NCBI GenBank assembly: GCA_035542475.1 | Contig: DATKLL010000148.1 | Coordinates: forward strand, 14,810 to 78,809 | DNA length: 64,000 bases | Direction of reading: 5' to 3' | Source: Syntrophales bacterium | GTDB taxonomy: Bacteria; Desulfobacterota; Syntrophia; Syntrophales; UBA2185 | Part shown: positions 54,732 through 64,000 of the stretch, piece by piece | Layout: every line of letters starts with the position of its first letter | Position numbering within the stretch: position 1 is the stretch's first letter | Position numbers and translations under genes: made by a program | Notes under the pieces: generated by a model | Seen by the model: the letters and a program-made list of their open reading frames with translations, nothing else | What the model was told of the DNA's origin: nothing | The model's database searches: none

Positions 54732-56006
54732 CTAAGTCATAGCGTAAGGCCGTGCTGCTTTCCATGCTTGCATGGTTTCATGAAGCCATTCGTTAAGTTC
54801 CTTAACGACGTAAAATTTAGGGTAAAGCAGAGTGTCTCCCGGGTAAATCAGGCCGTCTTCAATCGCGAATTTTGCCAAAGGAGTATTCGGATAGATCCGA
54901 ATGCCTATAGTAATCTTAAGGTTGTCCAGTTGAAGTGAGTCGGCAAAGTCAAGACTTTCTTTAACAGTTTCTTTCGTCTCACTGGGCCCTCCTAACATCA
55001 GAAAACCCCATCGCCGAATTCCGTTTTTTTTGAGAACATCTGAAGCTCTTCTGACGTGGGCCGGTCTGAATTTCTTGTTCATTATGTGCAGGATGTTTTC
55101 GGAGCCGCTTTCGAAGCCGAGACTGACTTCCAAGCAACCAGATCTGGACATAAGAGCAATTAATTCCTCATTGGTTTTTCCCGGGTAATAAATGCACCGC
55201 CACAAAATTTTTAGCCCGTGCTCGATGATTCCTTGACAGATCCTTCGCGCGTAGGAGGGGGGAACATTGAAAATATTGTCCACAAAATAGAAACGCTCAA
55301 AACCCGCATCGACGTGCTTGGCAATGGCCCCGATTACGGGATCGGGACTGCGTTTCCGGAGTGCGCAACCCTCAATCATAAATGTGGAACAATAGCTGCA
55401 GTTTAGTGGGCAACCGCGCCGGGTCTGAAAGGGCATCCAAATTTCCCGCTTGTCAAAGACGGTGGTGGACGAGATACCTGCATCCGGCAGCGGCATGATG
55501 TCCAAGTTTTGTACGAATTCTCTCGGACCCTGGAGACCCTTGCCTCTCAGGAAGAGACCAGGCGTCCCTGAAAAGGGGACACCCTTTTGAATCCGATCAA
55601 GAAGAAGAGGAAACGCCCTCTCCCCTTCACCCTGAATCCCCATGTCGGCCTCCAGGTAATCAAGCGCACTTTCAGGGTACATGCTGTAGCCCGCACCCCC
55701 GAGGACCAGTGGCGCATTCGATGCAGCACGGCAGTCGCATACAACTTCTTTGATCGGGGGCAGCAGGAATTTCGGGTTGTCCATGTTCTGGTCGTCTATA
55801 TTCCGAACGGATATTCCTATGACTTCCGGCCTATAATCTTTGATTTCTTTTGTGAGGGATATCCCATGATATTCCTCTGTCATGAGGTCGAGCAACTTTA
55901 TCTCATGCCCTGCCTCACGAGCTGCTACCCCCACGCAATTCAGCCCCAGCGGGAGGGGTAGAATGTTCATTTGTTCAGTATTTGCGGAGACCAGGAGAAC
56001 TCTCAT
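54732..56006 (-). CDS. B12-binding-domain radical SAM protein
   Basis: N-terminal Rossmann-like MRVLLVSANTE...GLNCVGVAAREAGHEIKLLDL and radical SAM motif RRGCPLNCSYCS. Confidence 0.8.
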   Translation of the reverse strand: MRVLLVSANTEQMNILPLPLGLNCVGVAAREAGHEIKLLDLMTEEYHGISLTKEIKDYRPEVIGISVRNIDDQNMDNPKFLLPPIKEVVCDCRAASNAPLVLGGAGYSMYPESALDYLEADMGIQGEGERAFPLLLDRIQKGVPFSGTPGLFLRGKGLQGPREFVQNLDIMPLPDAGISSTTVFDKREIWMPFQTRRGCPLNCSYCSTFMIEGCALRKRSPDPVIGAIAKHVDAGFERFYFVDNIFNVPPSYARRICQGIIEHGLKILWRCIYYPGKTNEELIALMSRSGCLEVSLGFESGSENILHIMNKKFRPAHVRRASDVLKKNGIRRWGFLMLGGPSETKETVKESLDFADSLQLDNLKITIGIRIYPNTPLAKFAIEDGLIYPGDTLLYPKFYVVKELNEWLHETMQAWKAARPYAMT

Positions 56007-56231
56007 AAAGTTTGAATCCGTCAGAATTCTGGGAACAGTCTACTTAATTACAGCAAAATAAAAAGACAATGTTTCCACCAATATTTATTTCATGATATTC
56101 TCAACTATATCAAAGTATTTGTTAGTAAGTGTAATGTTCAACTGAGTATAATATGTAAAGTCGGTCTTATTGAGAAAATATTTTTATTACTTCGCCCATT
56201 TCCCTAAATATTTTATCTCCGGACGATATCA

Positions 56232-56256
56232 TAAAAAAGCCCTCCAAGAAGAGGGC
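56232..56256 (-). terminator. intrinsic terminator downstream of smc
   Basis: Minus strand reads GCCCUC-UUCUUG-GAGGGC followed by UUUUUU. A REP-like element (56271..56292, CCTTCGACAAGCTCAGGGTGAC) lies between it and the smc stop. Confidence 0.6.
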
Positions 56257-56314
56257 TTCCAAACTCTTACCCTTCGACAAGCTCAGGGTGACATTTCTTG
56301 TCATTTCACAGGAA

Positions 56315-59300
56315 CTAGTTCAGGGCAACGGATACCATCGTGGAAATACCCTGTTTTTGCATGGTAATGCCAAACAGATATTCGGCAACCTCCATTGTCT
56401 TCTTGTTGTGGGTAACCATGATTATCTGAGAACCTGCCGAGATATCTTTGACAAGGTTATTAAACAGGAATATGTTTGCATCATCAAGAGCGGCGTCAAC
56501 TTCATCTAAGACCACAAAGGGCACCGGCCGATATAGCAGAATCGCAAAAATCAAGGCAATGGCAGCGAGGGACTTTTCACCACCGGATAATAAACTTATA
56601 CTCTGCGCTCGTTTTCCTGGAATAAGTATGTCGATATCCACGCCCGTCTCCAGCAGGTCTTCGCTGTCTGTCAGTCTCAGCTCACCCCTGCCTCCCGGGA
56701 ATATCCTGCTGAACACTTCCTGGAAACATTTGTTGACTGCCTCAAAAGTCTCCGCAAATCGCTTCCGGGATTCAATATTTATTTTTGTTATCGTCTTCTG
56801 GAGCGCATCCATCGAAGCATTAAGGTCTGATACCTGGCCCGTAAGAAATTCAAAACGCTCTTTCAATTGCTCATACTCACTGAGCGCCAGCAGATTTACT
56901 TCACCGAAATTTTCCACGAACTTTCTGTTTTTTTCGAGTCGGCCGCTTAGTTCCTGTACAGCCTGCTCATCAATTCTCTGAAATTCGGGGACCAACGCCT
57001 GTAAGTCCACATAATATTTTTCTTCCACGCCCTTTTTCAAGCTATCCATCTGGAAAGAGTACTCGCGATATGTCATCTCCAGTTCACCGGATTCCTTGAC
57101 TACTTCGTCGAGGGTTTTTTTAACCTCCCGGAGATCCGTCTCACGGTTTCTCAATAAAGCCTCCCTTTCCTGCTGCAATCTCTTAACCTCTGAGAGAGTC
57201 TCTTCCATGGCTTCATGATCCGAGGACAGGCTTTCCAGGAGATCCTGTTCAGCCGAAATTTGACTGGTTATATCCTCAACTTCGTGTTCACTATTCTTCA
57301 GTTCGCCGATCCTGACATCGATTTCACGGATCGTATCCGTCCTGTCGGCTTCCAGTCTGTCTATAGCCTTAAGATCGGCATTTCTCTTTTCTTCAAGGGA
57401 GGCCAGATGAACCTTTTCCCTGGTAAGACATTCTTCATGTTCTTCTGCCTTCACCTTCAGTGCATCCCATTTTTCTTGGAGAGAAGATATGGCATGGTTG
57501 ATTTTTTCTTCTTCAGCATCAGAGGAAGCGATTCCTTCCTTTATCATCTTGATCTCTTCCAAAGCGTTATCTTCCTCAGACTGAAGACTCTCACAACTGA
57601 AATCGATGATTTTTATTCTCTGCTCGATCCCCTTTATTTCAGATTCATATCTTTCGACATCTTTCCGCTTGCTGTTGACCCGTAGCTCAAGATCGCGGAT
57701 CTCTGATTTTAGCTGAAGTAATTCTTCTTCCCATTGCAGTATACGTGATGCTGCTTCTTTTTTCCTTTCAGTTTCCTCTTCAAGCAGCGTATTTAACCGG
57801 TCAACTTCTTCGTCGAGTTCGGCGATCTCCCGCTTAATACGGAGGAGACTCTTTTCACCGTTTGTCCTGCTTCCGCCCGTTAACACTCCATGCGGATTAA
57901 TAACGTCACCTTCCGATGTAACGAACGTGCCCCTGAAACCGTTTCGCTCCCATAGAGAGATACCACTTGATAGGTTCGGTATTAACAGTACATCCCCCAA
58001 AAGATAGTCGGCTATTTTTTCAAAGCCCTGATGGACATTAACCATGTCAATAAGCCTGACCGCCCCCCTGAGATGCTCTGCCTCAGAGTTCGAGGCATTA
58101 TTTCTGACTTCAAGCGGGACAAAGCTCCCCCTTCCGGACGAAGAACTCTTCAGATAGTCGATTGCCTTTACGCCGTCTTTCTGGCTCTTGACTACTATAT
58201 ACTGGAGCTTCTCGCCCAGGACAGACTCAACAGCCGTTTCGTAATCCTTGGGGACATCGATAACATCCGCAACCAGCCCGAGGAAGGTCTCACCGGGCGG
58301 CAAATCGAAATTACCGACCTTCCCTGCTTTCATAATTGACTTTGTGCCTTCACTACACCAGGCATAGTTTTCCTGTAACTCTCGCAATGATGTAAGCCGC
58401 GACGATTTTTTCCCCGTCTTTTCCTTTTTCCCCGAGATATCCTCTTCAATCACCTGCAGGTCATTTTTTACTTTTTCCAGCTCATGGGAAGCAGTATTTG
58501 CTTTACTCCCCAGATCACTCAGTGTCTCTTCATCCGCTTTCAGCCCCGACATCAAGTCATCGAGATTTTCGCGGGCAGCGGCAAGGCTTTCCTTGTTTTC
58601 ATTTATTTCCCGGATGTCCCTCTCTTTTCTTTTCCTGATATCCTCAATTCCCTTTGTGAAACCGGTCAGCGTATTTTTTAATCTTGCCTTCTCCGTAACA
58701 ATCTCGATAAACCCCGCCTTCTTTCCTTCAAGTTCTGTTTGGACGGATCTGGCCGCTGCCTTGTGTTCTTCAAGAGCCGACTGGTTTTGAAGGACACTAT
58801 TTCTGACACTCTGAATCTCCTCACCGGATTTGCTCGTCAACATGTTAAGGGCATCCACCTCTTTACTCAAGCTTTCCTGCCGCAAACGGAGTGATTCTAT
58901 TTCCGAAGAATTTTTCGATTTTTGTGAAGCTATATCTTTTATTTTATCCTTAAGATGTTCTACCCCCTGTTCCTTGATGTTGATCGAGTTTCTGATGTCG
59001 TAGAGTTTTTCCTGGTATTCCGAAACGGATGTTTCATTTTCAAGGACTTCCGCTTTTATCCCTTCGATTGAAGCTTCAAGCTCATTCAGTTTCGTCCTTA
59101 CTTCCAGATCTCTCTTAGCAAGCTCGTCACGCGTTTTCCCCAGTGCTTCCTTTTGTCCGGATATATCTGTGTACGTCTGAAGCGCCAGCGTCAACTCTGT
59201 CTCTTTGATTTCCTTCTTTAAGGTCTTGTATTGCTCCGCTCTCTTGGCCTGCCTGGATACCGCATTAAGTTGAGATTTTACCTCTCTGATTATATCATTC

Positions 59301-59881
59301 AAGCGAACTATGTTCAGCCTCGTTGCCTCCATCTTCCTGGAAGCCGATTCTTTTCTAACTTTATATTTCGATATTCCCGCGGCGTCTTCAATGAACTGCC
59401 TTCTGTCTTCGGGCTTTGCCTCTACAAGATTGGCGACACTGTTCTGTTCCACGAGAGAATAAGTTCTGACCCCGGTTCCCGTACTCATAAAAAAGTCCCT
59501 GACATCGATCAGCCTGCAGGGAATCTTGTTTATGGCGTATTCGCTTTCGCCTTCCCGGAAGAGTCTCCTCGAAATCATAACTTCGCTGCATTCTTCATAC
59601 GCCCCGGGGAATTTACGACCGTTGCAGTCCAGGATCATCGATACTTCCGTCATGCCGATGGGGGCAGCATTTTCAGCGCCGTGAAAGATGACATCGTCCA
59701 TCTTTTTTCCGCGCAATGATTTAACCCTCTGTTCGCCCATTACCCAGCGGATCGCATCAACGATGTTGCTCTTCCCGCATCCGTTAGGACCAACAACCGC
59801 GGATATGCCTTTAGAAAAATCGATGGCAATTTTGTCCCGGAAAGATTTAAATCCGGTTACTTCCAGTCTCTTCAGTCTCAT
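56315..59881 (-). CDS. smc: chromosome segregation protein SMC
   Basis: 1188 aa. N-terminal Walker A GPNGCGKSNIVDA, long coiled coils, a hinge (GLVADVIDVPKDYETAVESVLG), and C-terminal LSGGEKSLAAIALIFAI plus VLDEVDAALD. Confidence 0.95.
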   Translation of the reverse strand: MRLKRLEVTGFKSFRDKIAIDFSKGISAVVGPNGCGKSNIVDAIRWVMGEQRVKSLRGKKMDDVIFHGAENAAPIGMTEVSMILDCNGRKFPGAYEECSEVMISRRLFREGESEYAINKIPCRLIDVRDFFMSTGTGVRTYSLVEQNSVANLVEAKPEDRRQFIEDAAGISKYKVRKESASRKMEATRLNIVRLNDIIREVKSQLNAVSRQAKRAEQYKTLKKEIKETELTLALQTYTDISGQKEALGKTRDELAKRDLEVRTKLNELEASIEGIKAEVLENETSVSEYQEKLYDIRNSINIKEQGVEHLKDKIKDIASQKSKNSSEIESLRLRQESLSKEVDALNMLTSKSGEEIQSVRNSVLQNQSALEEHKAAARSVQTELEGKKAGFIEIVTEKARLKNTLTGFTKGIEDIRKRKERDIREINENKESLAAARENLDDLMSGLKADEETLSDLGSKANTASHELEKVKNDLQVIEEDISGKKEKTGKKSSRLTSLRELQENYAWCSEGTKSIMKAGKVGNFDLPPGETFLGLVADVIDVPKDYETAVESVLGEKLQYIVVKSQKDGVKAIDYLKSSSSGRGSFVPLEVRNNASNSEAEHLRGAVRLIDMVNVHQGFEKIADYLLGDVLLIPNLSSGISLWERNGFRGTFVTSEGDVINPHGVLTGGSRTNGEKSLLRIKREIAELDEEVDRLNTLLEEETERKKEAASRILQWEEELLQLKSEIRDLELRVNSKRKDVERYESEIKGIEQRIKIIDFSCESLQSEEDNALEEIKMIKEGIASSDAEEEKINHAISSLQEKWDALKVKAEEHEECLTREKVHLASLEEKRNADLKAIDRLEADRTDTIREIDVRIGELKNSEHEVEDITSQISAEQDLLESLSSDHEAMEETLSEVKRLQQEREALLRNRETDLREVKKTLDEVVKESGELEMTYREYSFQMDSLKKGVEEKYYVDLQALVPEFQRIDEQAVQELSGRLEKNRKFVENFGEVNLLALSEYEQLKERFEFLTGQVSDLNASMDALQKTITKINIESRKRFAETFEAVNKCFQEVFSRIFPGGRGELRLTDSEDLLETGVDIDILIPGKRAQSISLLSGGEKSLAAIALIFAILLYRPVPFVVLDEVDAALDDANIFLFNNLVKDISAGSQIIMVTHNKKTMEVAEYLFGITMQKQGISTMVSVALN

Positions 59882-60181
59882 TTTCTTACAGTCCGGTGTA
59901 AATTAAAATCTTTTCTGCAGATTTAGTGCAAAAAAAGACCACGCCCATAAAATTTTGTGAATTCTAACAAAATAAATATGTCTTGTAAAGAAAAAATACA
60001 ACTAAATGTATTCAATTTTTTTTGACCCCCAATATATTGTATTGATCATCTTTCCCGGATTATCACTGTATTAAATGTTAACAAACATGGTATAAACATC
60101 CCCCTGTATCCCCCCTTGAAAAGGGGGATTTATAAAGTATTCGTTCGGATAGAGAGATTTCTTACGAGCAGGTAATAAACG

Positions 60182-60430
60182 ATGATTGATGAGGAAAAAT
60201 GGGGGGTAGCCTGCAAGGCATCAGGCATAACAAACGCAAAAATAGTTTCCGGAAGACTGGAAACGGAAGGCATCCCCACCAAATTGAAATATGAAGCCGT
60301 CGGAGCCATTTACGCAATAACGATTAACGGCCTTGGCGAAGTCAAGATTATGGTTCCTGAAAGCCTACTGGATAAGGCCCGTGAAGTCCTGTCTCAATCG
60401 TATGACGACAAAGACATTGATTGGGAGTGA
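60182..60430 (+). CDS. DUF2007-like small protein
   Basis: 82 aa with an IVSGRLETEGIPTKL...VKIMVPESLLDKAREVL pattern. Confidence 0.45.
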   Translation: MIDEEKWGVACKASGITNAKIVSGRLETEGIPTKLKYEAVGAIYAITINGLGEVKIMVPESLLDKAREVLSQSYDDKDIDWE

Positions 60431-60555
60431 TCCTGCTGAATTAGGGACTCAGTTCATAAACCATGAAGATTTTTCCTCAAAGATGTTAGTGTCGTTTCCC
60501 ATAAATTATTGTCATATCGATCGAAGGGAGATATCTTAGATCTCTACTGTCAGTC

Positions 60556-60837
60556 GGTACAAGATTTCTCGTTTCACTCGAAATGACACCATTGTAAAAT
60601 CATTAATGAGATACGAAAATAGGCATTCGGAACAGTAATGATCAATTTTCCATTATTTGATAAAGCTTTTTTTCATACAACGCGTCCATGGCCTTAGATT
60701 CTACAAACGGCTTTCCCTTGCACATAAAAATATCAAATTCAGGGTAACATGGTTCAAGGGAATCCAGAATTTTTTAAAGATATAGATTCCGGATCAAGTC
60801 CGGAATGACACTTATATATTATTTTCTCGGGAATGAC
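60556..60837. repeat. cluster of three REP-like elements
   Basis: 60556..60589 GGTACAAGATTTCTCGTTTCACTCGAAATGACAC, 60786..60809 ATTCCGGATCAAGTCCGGAATGAC, and 60824..60837 TTCTCGGGAATGAC. The first has an inverted near-copy at 63693..63724. Confidence 0.55.
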
Positions 60838-60878
60838 GGGCCTCAGGATTAATGTAAAGAGGCGTTAGACACAATGTA

Positions 60879-61889
60879 TCAGAATAATCCATCAAGGGGT
60901 GTATTGCAACGGGGACAGCTTGTGCCTTTCAGATTAAGACGTTCGATATAAAAGCCGTAACGGTCTATGAGATGCTCCCCGCAGTTCGAGCACCTGGTAT
61001 CTTCACCTTCATCTCCCGGTACATTGCCGCTGTATATATATTTCAAACCTTTCGCCTTTCCTATTTCAACAGCCTTGTGGATTGTCGCTACGGGCGTAGG
61101 CGGTAAATCAGTCAGTTCGTACTGGGGATGGAAACGGCTTACATGCCATGGTGTTTCTGCACCCAGAGAATAAATGAATCCAGCGATCTGACGGAGCTCA
61201 TCATCATTGTCATTTAAGGTGGGAATCAAAAGCGTGGTTATCTCCACCCAAATTCCCAGCGATTTCATCTTTTTCAGACTGTCAAGAACCGGCTGGAGAC
61301 GCGCCCCGCATCTCCTCCTGTAGAATTCATCGCTGAACGACTTCAAGTCTACATTTGCCGCGTGGAGGTATGGTGATATCGTATCGAGGGCTTCCGCCGT
61401 CATGAATCCGTTTGTTACGAAGACATTCTTCAGACCTTTATCACTGGCAATCCGGGCTATCTCATAAGCAAATTCGAAATATATAGTCGGTTCCGTATAG
61501 GTATAGGAAATGGTTTTTGATCCCGTCTTGAGGGCCCTCTCCACAACATCAGCGGGCGCAACATCTCTTCCCATGATTCTCCCGTTCTCCCTGGGTATCT
61601 GGGAGATTTCATGGTTCTGACAGAATATACAGCGAAAATTACAGCCTACCGTTGCGATGGAAAATGACTTCGATCCCGGATATACATGAAAGAGGGGCTT
61701 CTTTTCGACAGGATCAACATTCTCCGCGATCATCTTCCCGTAAACCAGGCTGTAAAGAGTGCCGTTTCTGTTCTCCCTGACCCCGCAAATGCCCCGCTTA
61801 TCGGGTTTAATCTTGCAATGGTGTGCGCAGAGGTAACATCTTACCTGGCTGTCTTCTGTTTTTTCATACAGCATTGCTTCCCTGGTCAT
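60879..61889 (-). CDS. AmmeMemoRadiSam-system radical SAM enzyme (PflA-like activase fold)
   Basis: CYLCAHHCKIKPDKRGICGVREN (N-terminal extra Cys cluster), VGCNFRCIFCQNHEIS (CX3CX2C), and a C-terminal CSNCGEHL...CPRC. Confidence 0.75.
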   Translation of the reverse strand: MTREAMLYEKTEDSQVRCYLCAHHCKIKPDKRGICGVRENRNGTLYSLVYGKMIAENVDPVEKKPLFHVYPGSKSFSIATVGCNFRCIFCQNHEISQIPRENGRIMGRDVAPADVVERALKTGSKTISYTYTEPTIYFEFAYEIARIASDKGLKNVFVTNGFMTAEALDTISPYLHAANVDLKSFSDEFYRRRCGARLQPVLDSLKKMKSLGIWVEITTLLIPTLNDNDDELRQIAGFIYSLGAETPWHVSRFHPQYELTDLPPTPVATIHKAVEIGKAKGLKYIYSGNVPGDEGEDTRCSNCGEHLIDRYGFYIERLNLKGTSCPRCNTPLDGLF

Positions 61890-62659
61890 TTCGTTATCTC
61901 CCTCACAATGCCGGGGGCAGGCTTTCTTGGAGGCTCTATCTTAAACGGTTCCTTGATGACATCCTGAAGCGCCCTGTAGGTAAAGGTCACGGGGAACGAC
62001 ATGCCCAAAAAGGCCCCGAAGGGATTTTTCATTATCGGGATTGTCTCCTCAACGCCGGTCGCAAATGTATACCACCGATGGGGCAGGAAGATGACGCTTC
62101 CCCACTGGGTATGGACACCCTGAAGCTGGTTCCTGACCATGCCGGTCAACTGGCCAATATGGAAAAACCGGGCCCTTTTATATATGGATGGACAGCCCAG
62201 CCGGTCATACTTCCAGCGCGTTCCTGCTATGGATAATCTGTTTGTCCCTCCCAGGAAGATCCTTCCCCGGCAAACCCTGATGGCTTCACATATCGCCTTC
62301 TGAGGATCATCCAGGAATTCGAGAGAACTGATCATGGTAACGATGTCAAATTCATTATCGGAGAAAGGTAAATCTTCAGCTTTTCCCAGATAGAGATCCG
62401 CACCATTTCCCAGCTTCTTTTTTGCAACATCCAACATGCAGGATGACGAATCAATGCCTGTGACATCGCACCCTTTTTTCATGAAAAGGAGGAGGTGTTC
62501 ACCGGTCCCGCAGCCTACATCCAAAACTTTTTCACCTACCCTGGGTGCGATAAGGTCGAGGATCAGACTCTTTTCTCTCCCGTCTATATAACGACCAACA
62601 GGTGATTTGAGCCAGTCATCATAAGATCCGGCGATTTCTTCACTGTTGAAGACCATCAA
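61886..62659 (-). CDS. class I SAM-dependent methyltransferase
   Basis: VLDVGCGTGEHLLLF motif I. 4-nt overlap with the downstream radical SAM gene. Confidence 0.75.
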   Translation of the reverse strand: MMVFNSEEIAGSYDDWLKSPVGRYIDGREKSLILDLIAPRVGEKVLDVGCGTGEHLLLFMKKGCDVTGIDSSSCMLDVAKKKLGNGADLYLGKAEDLPFSDNEFDIVTMISSLEFLDDPQKAICEAIRVCRGRIFLGGTNRLSIAGTRWKYDRLGCPSIYKRARFFHIGQLTGMVRNQLQGVHTQWGSVIFLPHRWYTFATGVEETIPIMKNPFGAFLGMSFPVTFTYRALQDVIKEPFKIEPPRKPAPGIVREITK

Positions 62660-62676
62660 ACATTCCCCATTTCACA

Positions 62677-63669
62677 TCATCCGCCAATGTAAGACATATC
62701 TGTCATACACTTCTTTCTATGACTTTCATCGCAGGAAATATCATGCTGCAAAGGCTTTTGGGTTATTGCCCCTTTTATGAGACCTGTCAGGTCAGCATCA
62801 CTACAGCCGTCCCGCAGCGGTTTTTTCAGATCGACTTCTTCATCTGAAAGCAGGCATACCCGGAGGTGCCCATCTGCCGTAAGCCGGAGCCGATTGCATG
62901 CATGGCAGAATTTGTGACTCAAGGGGCTTATAAACCCTATCTCTCCCGCACTCCCGGTAATCCTGTATATCTGCGCCGGTCCGTCGAGGGTATTTCTTCT
63001 TCCATTGACAGGTTCGAGAGGGTAACTTCTGCCGATGATTTCCCTAATGACTGTGTTGGATATGTATTGATTGTCAGGATCGAGGGCAACCTGCCCGATG
63101 GTCATAAATTCGATAAATCTGATCTGGAAAGGATCAAGCATACTGAGCTTTGCAAAGTCCAGTAATTCATCGTCGTTGAATCCTTTTATAGCCACGGTAT
63201 TGATTTTAATCGGCGCGAAACCTATTCTGCGTACCTCCGCTATACCCGCCAGTACTGAGCTCAGGTCACCGCCTCTTGTTATGCGGGTATATTTCTCCGG
63301 GTTAAGGGAATCAAGGCTTATGTTAATCCTTTTTATGCCCGCGTAAAAAAGTTTGGCGGCGAAAGCCTCCAAGAGTGTCCCGTTAGTCGTCAGGCTGATA
63401 TCGCTCAGACCTTCCAGGGATGAGAGTGAAGAAATAAAATCAACAACACCGCGCCTCACCAGGGGCTCGCCACCGGTTATTCTAACCTTGCTGATCCCCA
63501 TACTGACGGCGACGCGGACGATCCTCAATATTTCCTCATACCTCAGGATATCGTCATGTCCGATCTGAGATATTCCTTCCCTGGGCATGCAATATGTACA
63601 GCGGAGATTGCATCTGTCCGTAATAGAAATCCTCAGGTAATTAATCTCTCTGTTATATCCATCAAGCAT
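62677..63669 (-). CDS. moaA: GTP 3',8-cyclase MoaA
   Basis: YLRISITDRCNLRCTYCMP, GGEPL, a C-terminal second cluster CHACNRLRLTADGHLRVCL, and a terminal GG. Confidence 0.9.
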   Translation of the reverse strand: MLDGYNREINYLRISITDRCNLRCTYCMPREGISQIGHDDILRYEEILRIVRVAVSMGISKVRITGGEPLVRRGVVDFISSLSSLEGLSDISLTTNGTLLEAFAAKLFYAGIKRINISLDSLNPEKYTRITRGGDLSSVLAGIAEVRRIGFAPIKINTVAIKGFNDDELLDFAKLSMLDPFQIRFIEFMTIGQVALDPDNQYISNTVIREIIGRSYPLEPVNGRRNTLDGPAQIYRITGSAGEIGFISPLSHKFCHACNRLRLTADGHLRVCLLSDEEVDLKKPLRDGCSDADLTGLIKGAITQKPLQHDISCDESHRKKCMTDMSYIGG

Positions 63670-63692
63670 AGATCATGTACGATTAACAAGTT

Positions 63693-63724
63693 GTCATTTC
63701 GAGTGTAACGAGAAATCCTTGTCC
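63693..63724. repeat. REP-like element (inverted copy of 60556..60589)
   Basis: GTCATTTCGAGTGTAACGAGAAATCCTTGTCC. Its reverse complement differs from the 60.56-kb copy at about 3 positions. Confidence 0.55.
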
Positions 63725-64000
63725 CGACCAGAGGGAGGGATCTTAAATATATTCCGAAGTTTACCCCGATTTAACCAATTCTGCAAATTCTAGTATTTTA
63801 CCTTAGCATGCTTATAAAGACATAGCAAGACAATCACAAATACGGTAGGGGTGGTTTAATTTTAATAAATTATCCTGTCTTATTTGCCTTGACAGACACC
63901 GTTGAAAAAATCCTGCCATGATTATCGGCTACACCTGTGAAGTGTAAATGAGGTAACCTATATAAGTTTGGAATTACGGGAAGAAACCGGGTACAACGGC

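Noticed and set aside
63670-63800. Moco riboswitch upstream of moaA
   Set aside because: This is the expected location. However, the leader is largely occupied by a REP-like element, and I could not recognise the conserved Moco-motif stems or loops by eye. It needs a cmsearch with RF01055 before any claim.

Overview
64-kb chromosomal segment with most genes on the minus strand. Gene content suggests a Desulfobacterota/Syntrophales-like anaerobe: a selenocysteine formate dehydrogenase, many radical-SAM genes, and dispersed GTCAT...ATGAC REP-like hairpins. That taxonomic guess is inference only. Coordinates follow the supplied ORF track. Positions I counted by hand (repeats, hairpins, alternative starts) may be off by 1-2 nt.

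Layout:
(1) 1-714: 5' part of a TPR/PMT_2-type membrane protein gene that runs off the window. It is absent from the ORF track.
(2) 729-11995: a complete type II secretion operon, gspH-I-J-K-L-M, a C/PilP-like gene, an SLT lytic transglycosylase, then gspD-G-E-F.
(3) 11.8-17.4 kb: the most unusual locus. A single 837-aa ORF fuses an exosortase/archaeosortase-like membrane domain, an S8 subtilase and a PEP-CTERM-like tail. It is bracketed by 370-480-bp direct repeats that duplicate the gspH 5' end plus leader. Next to it are a DsbC-like isomerase and a C-type lectin with a PIP-type PEP-CTERM-like tail.
(4) 18-22.4 kb: a rearranged, AT-rich-looking stretch. It holds a methyltransferase, two 380-bp repeats each encoding a 68-71-aa protein, a decayed P-type ATPase 3' remnant, and PPK2.
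(5) 23-29.7 kb: a polyphosphate operon, ppx-ppk1-HD-metallophosphoesterase-CYTH/CHAD.
(6) 30.5-36.7 kb: a degenerate plasmid-like integrative element next to tRNA-Arg(CCU). It carries a tyrosine integrase, an Xis-like HTH gene, ParM/ParR-like cassettes, two iteron-like arrays and a ParB-like remnant.
(7) 36.7-64 kb: housekeeping and accessory genes. These are ftcD, a PPP phosphatase, ftsY, Sec-containing fdhA with a SECIS hairpin, an OFA-family MFS transporter, rubrerythrin-like, Usp and PaaI-like genes, a ParA ATPase fused to a CBM48/AMPK-beta glycogen-binding domain, a PAS sensor plus receiver, CBS/ACT, thioesterase, SixA-like, ABM, three radical-SAM genes, an OmpA lipoprotein, smc, a methyltransferase and moaA.

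No rRNA genes or CRISPR arrays were seen. No database or HMM searches were possible, so all family calls rest on motifs read from the translations.
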